Source: Caulobacterales bacterium
GTDB lineage: Bacteria > Pseudomonadota > Alphaproteobacteria > Caulobacterales > Aquidulcibacteraceae
Assembly: GCA_049317545.1 (NCBI GenBank)
Contig: JBMOIB010000004.1
Coordinates: 5,565-69,564, forward strand
Direction of reading: 5' to 3'
Length of the DNA stretch: 64,000 nt
The stretch's first letter is position 1; every line of letters begins with the position of its first letter. The notes beneath the pieces are model-generated. The model was not told the DNA's origin and made no database searches. It saw only the letters and a program-made list of their open reading frames with translations. Below are positions 38,793 to 47,248 of this stretch, one piece after another. The position numbers were made by a program, and so were the translations under genes.

Positions 38793-39770
38793 CTAAGCGA
38801 GGATTGCGACGGCCTCGGCGCCCAGGCGGGCGTCGAGGTCGCTGGTTCGCGCCGCCGCAAAGCGCGCGCGCAACGCCGCGAACGCTTTGGCGGCGTATTT
38901 CTGCGGCTCCTGGCTGTAGGGCGCGCCTTCAAGGTCGATCGTGTACGGCGTATCGCCGGCGCGCGCGTTGGCCGCACTCCAGACGAGGAACGTCGTCACG
39001 TCGGACGCGAGCAGCGGCGCGAGCGTTGCGAACACTTCGTCCGGCGCATCCCAATCGCCCTGCAGGGCCGGCTCGAGCATGCGGTCGACATAATCCACCA
39101 CATGCGGGCAATGAGCGCGCAGGATGCCACCCGGCGTCGGGTCCGAGAGCAATTGCTGGACTTGTCCGAACACGCCGAAATCGGCGAGCGCCGGGCGATG
39201 TCCGAACAGGTATGGCCGCAGGCGCAAATGCGCCTCCAAAAGATCGGCGAAACGGCGGAACGAGCGCTCGATGAAGGGGCCCGTCACGGCGTTCGATCCG
39301 ACGAAATGCAGGCGCCCGGTCATGCGCTCGCGCACGGCGGCCTCGAGCGGGCGACGATCCGGCGGCGGGTCGTCCTTCGTCATCATGTCGACGATGCGCT
39401 TGGCCGCCCAAAGCTGATCGGCCTCGTAGCCCCAGCGAAAATGGAACATAGCCTTGTTGAGCCATTCGTCGGCGTAGTCCTCGAGCAGCGCCGAGACGAA
39501 GGCGCACGACGGGTCCGGCGGAACGATCGACGGCTCGGGATGCGCAGCTTCGAGGCGCTCTAGGATCGGCGTCGAGTCCTGCATCGCCTGCTCCTCGGAA
39601 TCGACCAGCAATGGCACGAGCGGAAGCTTGGCGTATTTGGCGAACTCCGCCTGCGCCGCGCCGGCCCGAGGGATCCAAACGTGCTCAAGCCCCTTGTAGC
39701 GGAGGTAGGAGCGCACCTTCACGGAATAGGGCGACAGATCCGCGCCAAACAGGCGCAACGGCGGCTTCAT
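38793..39770 (-). CDS. glutathione S-transferase family protein
   Basis: N-terminal thioredoxin-like LFGADLSPYSVKVRSYLRYKG...VPLLV and an extended helical C-domain; 325 aa. Confidence 0.78.
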   Translation of the reverse strand: MKPPLRLFGADLSPYSVKVRSYLRYKGLEHVWIPRAGAAQAEFAKYAKLPLVPLLVDSEEQAMQDSTPILERLEAAHPEPSIVPPDPSCAFVSALLEDYADEWLNKAMFHFRWGYEADQLWAAKRIVDMMTKDDPPPDRRPLEAAVRERMTGRLHFVGSNAVTGPFIERSFRRFADLLEAHLRLRPYLFGHRPALADFGVFGQVQQLLSDPTPGGILRAHCPHVVDYVDRMLEPALQGDWDAPDEVFATLAPLLASDVTTFLVWSAANARAGDTPYTIDLEGAPYSQEPQKYAAKAFAALRARFAAARTSDLDARLGAEAVAILA

Positions 39771-39789
39771 GGTCTTCTCCCCTGCAGCG

Positions 39790-40773
39790 TTAGCGGGCGC
39801 CGGCGGACAACAGATCGTGCATGTGGATGACGCCCACCGGCCGGCCCGCCTCGACGACGAACACCGCCAAAATCTTCTTCTCGTCCATCATCGCGATCGC
39901 ATCGGCGAGCGGCGCGGCCGCATCGATGTGCTTCGGCGCGCCGGACATGAGAGCCTCGACCGTACCGGCGAACGTTTCGGGCGTCAGGCGCCGACGCAGA
40001 TCGCCGTCGGTGACAACGCCGATCAATTGGCCGCCGGCGTCGACGACGCCTGCGGCGCCGATGCCGCCGCGCGTCATCGCTTCCAAGACGTCCGGCACAC
40101 GCGCGCCAGCGGAGACGAGCGGCAAATTCTCACCCGCGCGCATGACGTCGCGCACATGCTTGAGCAGAGCGCCAAGTTTGCCGCCCGGATGCAGGCGACC
40201 GAAGGCACGCTGGTCGAAGCCGGCGGCCCGCAGCAGCGCCACGGCGAGCGCATCGCCCATGGCGAGGCACATTGTGGTGGAGGTCGTCGGCGCTGGCGCC
40301 TCTTCGCTGGCTTCGCCGCAATCGGGAAGCGTCAACGCGACTGTTGCGGCGCGCGCCAAAGCGCTGTCCGGCCGAAGCGTCATGCCAATGAGCGGAATGC
40401 CGAGGCGGCGGCAATGATGAATCAGGTCGGTCAGTTCGGCCGTATCGCCCGACCGCGAAAGGGCGAGAACGCAATCGCGGTCGGTGATCATGCCGAGGTC
40501 GCCATGGCTGGCTTCGGCCGGGTGCACGAAGTGCGCGGGCCATCCGGTGGAGGCGAAGGTCGCGGCGATCTTGCGGGCGATGTGGCCGCTCTTGCCCATG
40601 CCGGTCACGACGATCCGGCCGGTGGCGCCGGCCAGCGCGCGACAGGCCGCCACGAAGGCGACGCCCAATTCTCCATCGAGCGCATTCTTCATGGCCAAGA
40701 GGCCCTGGGCCTCGGCGTCGAGGGTTTCGGCGGCGGCGGCGCGCAGGGCGGCGGCGTCAAATGAAATGCTCAT
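39790..40773 (-). CDS. kpsF: arabinose-5-phosphate isomerase (KpsF/GutQ family; SIS + 2 CBS)
   Basis: GRIVVTGMGKSGHIARKIAATFASTG SIS motif and tandem CBS domains. The start is at MSISFDAA (ATG 40773). Confidence 0.9.
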   Translation of the reverse strand: MSISFDAAALRAAAAETLDAEAQGLLAMKNALDGELGVAFVAACRALAGATGRIVVTGMGKSGHIARKIAATFASTGWPAHFVHPAEASHGDLGMITDRDCVLALSRSGDTAELTDLIHHCRRLGIPLIGMTLRPDSALARAATVALTLPDCGEASEEAPAPTTSTTMCLAMGDALAVALLRAAGFDQRAFGRLHPGGKLGALLKHVRDVMRAGENLPLVSAGARVPDVLEAMTRGGIGAAGVVDAGGQLIGVVTDGDLRRRLTPETFAGTVEALMSGAPKHIDAAAPLADAIAMMDEKKILAVFVVEAGRPVGVIHMHDLLSAGAR

Positions 40774-40885
40774 GGGACCACATAAGGCCAAGCCGCGGTC
40801 CACGCCAACGCCACCCGTCCCTGGACCACCGGCGCCGAACATGCATTGACCATTCCGTCGGGCCGATTGTGGTGGAGGCGAAGGC

Positions 40886-41878
40886 ATGGGCGAGCAGACG
40901 ATCCTGGTGACCGGCGGCGCCGGCTATGTTGGCGCGCACGCGTGTTTCGCTTTGGCGCAGGCCGGATATCGCATCGCGGTCGTCGATTCCCTGGCCAACG
41001 GCCATCGCCGGTTCGCCAAATACGGCCCCCTGTTCGAGATCGATATCCGCGACCAGGCCGCGCTCACGCAGGTGCTGGCGGAAACCAAGCCGGCCGCCGT
41101 CCTGCATTTCGCCGCCCTCATCGAGGTGGGCGAGAGCGTCAAGGACCCGGCCTCGTTCTATGACGTCAACGTCCGCGGAACCTTGAACCTGCTCGCCGCG
41201 ATGCGGACGGCCGGCGTCGACAAAATCGTCTTCTCGTCGACCTGCGCGACCTATGGCCCGCCCCAGCGGCTGCCGCTCGATGAAACGCACCCGCAGGCGC
41301 CGATCAATCCATATGGCTGGACCAAGTTGATGATCGAGCGCGCCATCCTGGACATGGGCGCCGCCTACGGCGTCAAGGCGGCGATCCTGCGCTATTTCAA
41401 CGCCGCCGGCGCGGCGCCGGACGAGGGCCTCGGCGAGCGCCACAGCCCGGAAACCCACGCCATTCCGCTGGCGCTGTTCGCTCTGCTTGGTCGGCGCCAA
41501 GGCTTTTCGGTGTTCGGAACCGATTACGACACGCGCGACGGCACTGCGGTGCGCGACTACATCCACGTCCTGGATCTCGCCGACGCCCACGTCCGCGCGC
41601 TCAAGCGCCTGCTCGACGGCGGCGACCCACAGGCCTTCAATCTCGGCGTAGGCGATGGCGTCACTGTCAAAGAGCTTCTCGCCGCTATCGAACGGGTCAC
41701 CGGCCGCCGCCTCGACGCCGCCCTTGCGGACCGACGCCCCGGCGACGCGCCCGCCCTCATCGCCGACGCCCGTAAAGCCGCCGACATGCTCGGCTGGCGA
41801 CCGACCCGCAGCCTCGACGCCATCCTCACGGACGCGTGGCGATGGCACGGCGAAGTCGAGCCGGCGCTGTTCGGCTGA
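40886..41878 (+). CDS. galE: UDP-glucose 4-epimerase
   Basis: ILVTGGAGYVGAH, SSTCATYG and YGWTK (YxxxK); 330 aa. Confidence 0.92.
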   Translation: MGEQTILVTGGAGYVGAHACFALAQAGYRIAVVDSLANGHRRFAKYGPLFEIDIRDQAALTQVLAETKPAAVLHFAALIEVGESVKDPASFYDVNVRGTLNLLAAMRTAGVDKIVFSSTCATYGPPQRLPLDETHPQAPINPYGWTKLMIERAILDMGAAYGVKAAILRYFNAAGAAPDEGLGERHSPETHAIPLALFALLGRRQGFSVFGTDYDTRDGTAVRDYIHVLDLADAHVRALKRLLDGGDPQAFNLGVGDGVTVKELLAAIERVTGRRLDAALADRRPGDAPALIADARKAADMLGWRPTRSLDAILTDAWRWHGEVEPALFG

Positions 41879-41914
41879 TCCCTGGCGGTTGAGGTCGCCC
41901 GCGCCCCGTCCTAT

Positions 41915-42775
41915 GTGGGGCGCATGACCGCTCCCAACGCTATCGTCAACGTCCCCCGCCCCGCGGGCCCGCCCGTGCAAATCGGCAACGATTTGCCGCT
42001 CACTTTCATTTGCGGCCCCTGCGCCATGGAGAGCCGCGAGCACGCGCTCGAAACGGCGGAATGGCTGAAAGAGACGTTCGCCAAGGCCGGCGCGGGGTTC
42101 ATCTACAAAACGAGCTTCGACAAGGCGAACCGGTCGAGCCTGAAGGGCGCGCGCGGCGCGGGGCTGGATTATGCGGGGCCGGTTTTCCAGGAAATCCGGG
42201 AGCGGTTGAACATCCCGGTCCTCACCGACGTGCATCTGCCCGATCAATGCGCAGCGGTCGCCGAGGTCGCGGACGTGCTCCAGATCCCGGCCTTTCTGTC
42301 GCGCCAGACTGATCTCCTGGTCGCCGCGGCCGAGACCGGACGGGCGATCAACGTCAAAAAGGGCCAGTTCCTCGCCCCCTGGGACATGAAAAACGTCGTC
42401 GCCAAAATCACCGGATCCGGAAACTCGAACGTCCTCACCTGCGAGCGCGGCGTCAGTTTCGGCTACAACACGCTCGTCTCGGACATGCGCGCATTGCCGA
42501 TCCTCAAGGCGATCGGCGCGCCGGTCGTGTTCGACGCGACACATTCGGTCCAGCAGCCCGGCGGACGCGGCGAATCCTCTGGCGGCGAACGGGAATTCGT
42601 CCCCGTCCTGGCGCGCGCCGCGGTGGCGATCGGGGTTGCGGCGGTGTTCATCGAGAGCCATCCCAACCCTGACCAAGCGCCGAGCGACGGGCCAAATATG
42701 GTGCCGTTCGCCGAACTGCCGGGCCTGATCGCCGACCTGATGCGCTTCGACGCCCTGGCCAAAGGTCGGGCGTGA
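41915..42775 (+). CDS. kdsA: 3-deoxy-8-phosphooctulonate (KDO-8-P) synthase
   Basis: GPCAMES, KTSFDKANRSS, LQIPAFL and DATHSVQQPGG motifs. Confidence 0.93.
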   Translation: MGRMTAPNAIVNVPRPAGPPVQIGNDLPLTFICGPCAMESREHALETAEWLKETFAKAGAGFIYKTSFDKANRSSLKGARGAGLDYAGPVFQEIRERLNIPVLTDVHLPDQCAAVAEVADVLQIPAFLSRQTDLLVAAAETGRAINVKKGQFLAPWDMKNVVAKITGSGNSNVLTCERGVSFGYNTLVSDMRALPILKAIGAPVVFDATHSVQQPGGRGESSGGEREFVPVLARAAVAIGVAAVFIESHPNPDQAPSDGPNMVPFAELPGLIADLMRFDALAKGRA

Positions 42776-42863
42776 TCACTGAACGGCGTTTTGCGTCAGA
42801 CGTTTGACCTCCACGCGACGGTTCCGTTACACGGAAGGCGATCGGGGCGGTCAGGGTATTGGG

Positions 42864-43907
42864 ATGCGCGTGCTGCATGTTATGGCCGGCGCCAAAGAAG
42901 GCGGCGCCGAAACCATGATGCTCGACGGTGCGCTGGCCTTGGCCGAGGCCGGCGTGGAGCAGCATGTGGTGACGCGCGCCGACGCGCCCGATCGCCTTGA
43001 CGCGCTCCGAGCCGCCGGCGTGGCAGTGACAACCGCACGGTTCGACAAGTTCTGGCGCGGCGAAACCTCAGCCAAAATCAAGGCGGCGCACGACGCCCTG
43101 CAACCCGACGTCATTCATTATTGGATGGGCCGGGCGGGCGAATTCGCGCCGCGCCGGTGGCGCTCTAAAAGCCTTGGGTGGTATGGCGGCTATTACAAGC
43201 TGAGCCGGTTCCGCAATTGCGCCTGGCACGTCGGCGTCACCACGGACATTGCGCGCTTCATCATCGAACAGGGCGCCCCCGCGGACCGGGTCGGGGTCCT
43301 GCAAACCTACGCCAACATCGAAGCCGCACCGCCGGTCTCACGCGAAAGCCTTTCAACGCCTGACGACGCGCCGGTCGTGCTCGCGCTGGCACGCCTCCAT
43401 TGGAAAAAGGGCATCGACACCTTGATCGACGCCCTTTCCGATCTGCCGGGCGTCTACGGCTGGATCGCGGGCGCAGGCCCCCTGGAGGCCGAACTCAAGG
43501 CGCGCGCAAGCGCCGCCGGGCTCGACGGGCGGATCCGGTTTCTCGGTTGGCGGACCGATCGCTCGGCCCTTCTGGCGGCCTGCGACGTGGTGGCGTTCCC
43601 TTCCCGCTACGAGCCGTTCGGAACCGTGACCGTGGAGGCTTGGGCGGCGGGCAAGCCGCTCGTGGTGGCCAACGCCGCCGGCCCCGCGGCGACCGTCACG
43701 CCAGATCAGGACGCGCTTTTGGTCGCGCGCGACGACGTGCGCGCGCTTCGCGACGCGATCCGCCGAGTCCTGGAAGACGCTGAAACGGCCCACCGGCTCG
43801 TCGAGAACGGTCGCCGCGCCTACGAGTCCGGCTATACGCGCCAAGCCTTCGTGCGCGCAGCCATGGCGCTCTACGACAAGATCAAGGTGGCGGCGGCCGG
43901 GCACTGA
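42864..43907 (+). CDS. glycosyltransferase family 4 (GT-B)
   Basis: MRVLHVMAGAKEGGAE start and a C-terminal E-x7-E region (PSRYEPFGTVTVEAWAAGKPLV). Probable LPS-core function by context. Confidence 0.85.
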   Translation: MRVLHVMAGAKEGGAETMMLDGALALAEAGVEQHVVTRADAPDRLDALRAAGVAVTTARFDKFWRGETSAKIKAAHDALQPDVIHYWMGRAGEFAPRRWRSKSLGWYGGYYKLSRFRNCAWHVGVTTDIARFIIEQGAPADRVGVLQTYANIEAAPPVSRESLSTPDDAPVVLALARLHWKKGIDTLIDALSDLPGVYGWIAGAGPLEAELKARASAAGLDGRIRFLGWRTDRSALLAACDVVAFPSRYEPFGTVTVEAWAAGKPLVVANAAGPAATVTPDQDALLVARDDVRALRDAIRRVLEDAETAHRLVENGRRAYESGYTRQAFVRAAMALYDKIKVAAAGH

Positions 43908-44517
43908 GGAGCCCCGCCGCGTCGAGCGCGCCCGCGAGGTCGGCGTCGTCCGTATAGAGCCGGGTTGCGCCGCCCCGCGCTGCGGCCTCGAGCGCAGCGC
44001 GCAGATTGCCGCCCTCAGACGCTTCGAACCGGGCGTCGAAGCCGGCCGCATCGCTGGAAAAGACGATCCAAGGCATTCCCTCGCGGACTACGCGAAAGAA
44101 ACCGGCGTTGATCGTCTCGGCCTGCGTCGCTCCAACCCCCACGTCGACCCGGATGCCGGCAGCCCTAAGGCGGGCGAGACCTGCCCCGTCGGCGAAAGGG
44201 TGCGGATCCGCGGCCGCAACGACAACCCTGGTGACCTTGGCGGCAAGCAAAGCGTCGGTGCAGGACACGGCCCCGGACGACCGTTGGGCGCATGGCTCCA
44301 GCGTGACATAGGCCGTCGCGCCCTCGGCCCGCGCGCCCGCGACGGCGAGCGCCTGCTCCTCGGCATGGGGGCGGCCGCCGTCGCCGGTCGCCGCCTCGCC
44401 GACGATCGCGCCGTCGTGAACGAGGACGCATCCGACGCTTGGATTGGGCGCCGTCCGCCCAAGCTGGGCGCTCGCGAGCGCCAGAGCGCGCGCCATGAAA
44501 TCAAGATCGTCCGACAA
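43882..44517 (-). CDS. RibD-like pyrimidine deaminase with a vestigial C-terminal (reductase-like) segment
   Basis: CDA-fold motifs NPSVGCVLV, HAEEQAL and TLEPC...C. Only about 65 aa follow where a reductase domain of about 220 aa is expected. Confidence 0.7.
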   Translation of the reverse strand: MSDDLDFMARALALASAQLGRTAPNPSVGCVLVHDGAIVGEAATGDGGRPHAEEQALAVAGARAEGATAYVTLEPCAQRSSGAVSCTDALLAAKVTRVVVAAADPHPFADGAGLARLRAAGIRVDVGVGATQAETINAGFFRVVREGMPWIVFSSDAAGFDARFEASEGGNLRAALEAAARGGATRLYTDDADLAGALDAAGLLSARPPPP

Positions 44518-44583
44518 CGCGGCCCCTCATTGACAGGCCCGCGCGCCGCGGGCCCACTGCGGGAAATTCAAGGGAGGCGCTCC

Positions 44584-45177
44584 ATGGCCGACGGACACCA
44601 GCAGGACCGCGCGACGTTCCATACGATGCAGGATAGCACCGCCGAAGATTGGGCCAAGATCGCCGCCTGCTCGGCGTCCTTCACCAAGGCCTTGCCCGGC
44701 CGGATCCTGACCCACCTCAAGCTCCTGGACGGCGACTTCGGCGGCTTCGCCGTCGACCGCCTGACCCATTCCCTGCAAGCGGCGACCCTGGCGCACCGGG
44801 ATGGCATGGACGAGGAATACGTCGTCTGCGCGCTCCTGCACGACATCGGCGACACGCTCGGCCCGTCCAATCACGCTGACATCGCTGCTGTGATTCTCAA
44901 ACCCTATGTGTCCGAAGCCCACCATTGGATGGTCGAGCACCATGGGGTTTTTCAGGGGTATTACTTTTTCCACCATCTTGGCCTGGATCGCACCATGCGG
45001 GACGCGTTCCGCGGTCATCCGTATTTCGAGCTGACGGCGCGGTTTTGCCACCGGCATGACCAGAACGCTTTTGACCCGGCCTACGACACGATGCCCTTGG
45101 CCGCCTTCGAGCCGATGGTGCAGCGGGTGTTCGAACGACCGAAGCGGTCAATCTATTTGCGCGCCGCGGCGGAATGA
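44584..45177 (+). CDS. HD-domain protein (PhnZ/MIOX-like candidate)
   Basis: LTHSLQAATLAH, LLHDIGD, NHADIAA, HHWMVEHH and CHRHDQNAFDP, in 197 aa. SD AGGGAGG precedes ATG 44584. Confidence 0.72.
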   Translation: MADGHQQDRATFHTMQDSTAEDWAKIAACSASFTKALPGRILTHLKLLDGDFGGFAVDRLTHSLQAATLAHRDGMDEEYVVCALLHDIGDTLGPSNHADIAAVILKPYVSEAHHWMVEHHGVFQGYYFFHHLGLDRTMRDAFRGHPYFELTARFCHRHDQNAFDPAYDTMPLAAFEPMVQRVFERPKRSIYLRAAAE

Positions 45178-45285
45178 TCGAAAACAGCCCCAGTTAACCA
45201 TATTTATTGATAGGCAATTAAGACCCGTAAGCGAAAATAAGCGTCTAGAAGCCAGATGGCTTTGCCCCGCATCGAGGAGGGGGTG

Positions 45286-45486
45286 ATGAGCGCAACGAAT
45301 GTACCATCCGTCCCGACATACCGGGAAATATCGCTTGCTTTGGCGTCTTCATCGCCGCGCGTCCGCGAGGCGGCGTTGAGCGTGCGGCCGCCGGATCAGA
45401 TGGATCCGCGCGAGATTCAGATCGTGCTCGACGCCGTTCGTGAGCGCGACGCGCAGGTGCGCGGCGGCGTGGACATCAAAGCCTAA
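45286..45486 (+). CDS. small hypothetical protein (66 aa)
   Basis: GAGGAGG SD before ATG 45286. The first third uses A/T-ending codons that are atypical for this genome. It is preceded by an AT-rich islet, and its stop overlaps the dapF stop. Confidence 0.3.
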   Translation: MSATNVPSVPTYREISLALASSSPRVREAALSVRPPDQMDPREIQIVLDAVRERDAQVRGGVDIKA

Positions 45487-46310
45487 CCTGCGCCTGCAAG
45501 CTCGCCGCGTCCCTCGAGTTCGACTGGGCCGGACATGATCACCCGGTCGTCCTTTGCGCGCCAACCGACTTCCAAGACCCCGCCGTCCAATTCGAGTTCG
45601 GCGTAGCGATCGATGAGCCCCATGCGGCTCGCCGCCACGACCGCAGCGCAGGCGCCGGTCCCGCAGGCCTTGGTCAACCCCGCGCCGCGCTCCCAGACCC
45701 GAAGCCGCAAGCTCCGTCGGCTGCGCACCGTGGCGAACCCCACATTGACGGCTTCCGGGAAGAACGGATCGCGCTCGATCATCGGGCCAATTTCGTGGAT
45801 CGGAAGTTCGTCCACATTGTCGACGATGAAAACAGCATGCGGATTGCCCATGTTCACGCCGCCCGGGCCGACAAGCCCCCAGTGACCGGGCGCGGCATAC
45901 TCCATGCGCACGGTGTCGGTGGCGCGCGCGACCGGCACCTCTTCCCACTTGAGCAGCGGCGAGCCCATGTCCACCGTCACGCGGGCGCCGCCCTCGTTGA
46001 ACGCGCTCAATAACCCGGCCGCCGTCTCGATCTTCGAGGGGCGCGTCAGCCCCTCCTGCGCCAAGATCCAGCCGACGCAGCGCGCCGCGTTGCCGCACGC
46101 CGACACTTCGCCGCCGGAGGCGTTCCAGATGCGCATGAAGGCGTCGCCGCGGATGGACGGTTCTATGGCGATGACCTGATCGCATCCGATGCCGGTCTCG
46201 CGATCAGCGATCTCGCGCACCTGGTCCGGCGCGAGGTTCAAGGCGCCGTAGTCGCGTGCGTCAAAAATGACGAAGTCATTGCCGCAGCCGTTCATTTTGA
46301 AATACCGCAT
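45483..46310 (-). CDS. dapF: diaminopimelate epimerase
   Basis: MRYFKMNGCGNDFVIFD, both active-site Cys regions (SACGNAARC and KACGTGACAA), and GNPHAVFIV. The start is at ATG 46310. Confidence 0.92.
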   Translation of the reverse strand: MRYFKMNGCGNDFVIFDARDYGALNLAPDQVREIADRETGIGCDQVIAIEPSIRGDAFMRIWNASGGEVSACGNAARCVGWILAQEGLTRPSKIETAAGLLSAFNEGGARVTVDMGSPLLKWEEVPVARATDTVRMEYAAPGHWGLVGPGGVNMGNPHAVFIVDNVDELPIHEIGPMIERDPFFPEAVNVGFATVRSRRSLRLRVWERGAGLTKACGTGACAAVVAASRMGLIDRYAELELDGGVLEVGWRAKDDRVIMSGPVELEGRGELAGAG

Positions 46311-46436
46311 CCGGCCTCCGCCGCCGCGACCGGGGCCGGCCCGGTCCATGTCCACCGACCCAAATGATAGGCGCCTGATGATCTTTCGACAAATCCGGCG
46401 CTTGCGGCGACGGGCGATGGCGGGCGATGAAAAGAC

Positions 46437-47195
46437 ATGGCGTGGACCCGCACCTACGACGGCCCCGAACCGCAGCGGGTCAACAAATGGCTGGCGCAGA
46501 GCGGCGTGTGCTCGCGCCGCGAGGCCGAGGACCTGATCGCCCGAGGCCTCGTCAGCATCGACGGGGAACGGATCGCCGACCCCGGACGCAAGATCGTGCG
46601 CGGTCAGACGTTGAGCCTCACCGATGCCTCGGCGGCCGGATTGGCCGCGGCCATCAGCGTCGTGATCCACAAGCCCGTCGGCTTCGTTTCCGCGCAACCC
46701 GAACCCGGCCAGGTCCCCGCCGCCCGGCTCCTCGTGCGCGCCAATCTGGTCGGCGAGGGGACGCCACCTGCTCCAGATGCGCGCCTGCCGCCGCTCGGCC
46801 GGCTCGACCAGGATTCCCGGGGCCTCTTGCTGCTCTCCCAGGACGGCGTGCTCGCCAAGGCCGTGATCGGGCCCGACTCGACCCTGGACAAAGAATATCT
46901 GGTCGGCGTCTCCGGCGCTGTGACGGCGAAGAAGCTGGCCCTTCTGCGCCATGGCCTGGAGCTTGACGGACGCCAGCTCAAGCCGGCGATCGTCGAGGAG
47001 ATCGCCGACCGCCGGTTGCGGTTCGTCCTGCGCGAAGGCCGCAATCGCCAGATCCGGCGGATGGCCGAACTCGTCGGCCTCGTCGTGGTCGATCTCCTGC
47101 GCGTCCGGATCGGTCCGCTGGCGCTCGCCGACCTGCCCGAAGGACGCTGGCGCATGCTCTCCGCCGCCGAGCGCGCGCTTCTCATTCGCGGCTAG
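46437..47195 (+). CDS. pseudouridine synthase, RsuA/RluB/E/F family (S4 domain + catalytic domain)
   Basis: S4 motif RVNKWLAQSGVCSRREAEDLI and catalytic GRLDQDSRGLLLLSQDG. Confidence 0.88.
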   Translation: MAWTRTYDGPEPQRVNKWLAQSGVCSRREAEDLIARGLVSIDGERIADPGRKIVRGQTLSLTDASAAGLAAAISVVIHKPVGFVSAQPEPGQVPAARLLVRANLVGEGTPPAPDARLPPLGRLDQDSRGLLLLSQDGVLAKAVIGPDSTLDKEYLVGVSGAVTAKKLALLRHGLELDGRQLKPAIVEEIADRRLRFVLREGRNRQIRRMAELVGLVVVDLLRVRIGPLALADLPEGRWRMLSAAERALLIRG

Positions 47196-47248
47196 CCGCC
47201 TTCCCTCGTCCCGTGCGATCTGCTTGTGTGCCAGCGGGGAGATCGCCC

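Noticed and set aside
40757-42676. 639-aa ORF on the minus strand
   Set aside because: It is antisense to galE and kdsA, both unambiguous. It has low-complexity Arg/Gly/Asp composition.
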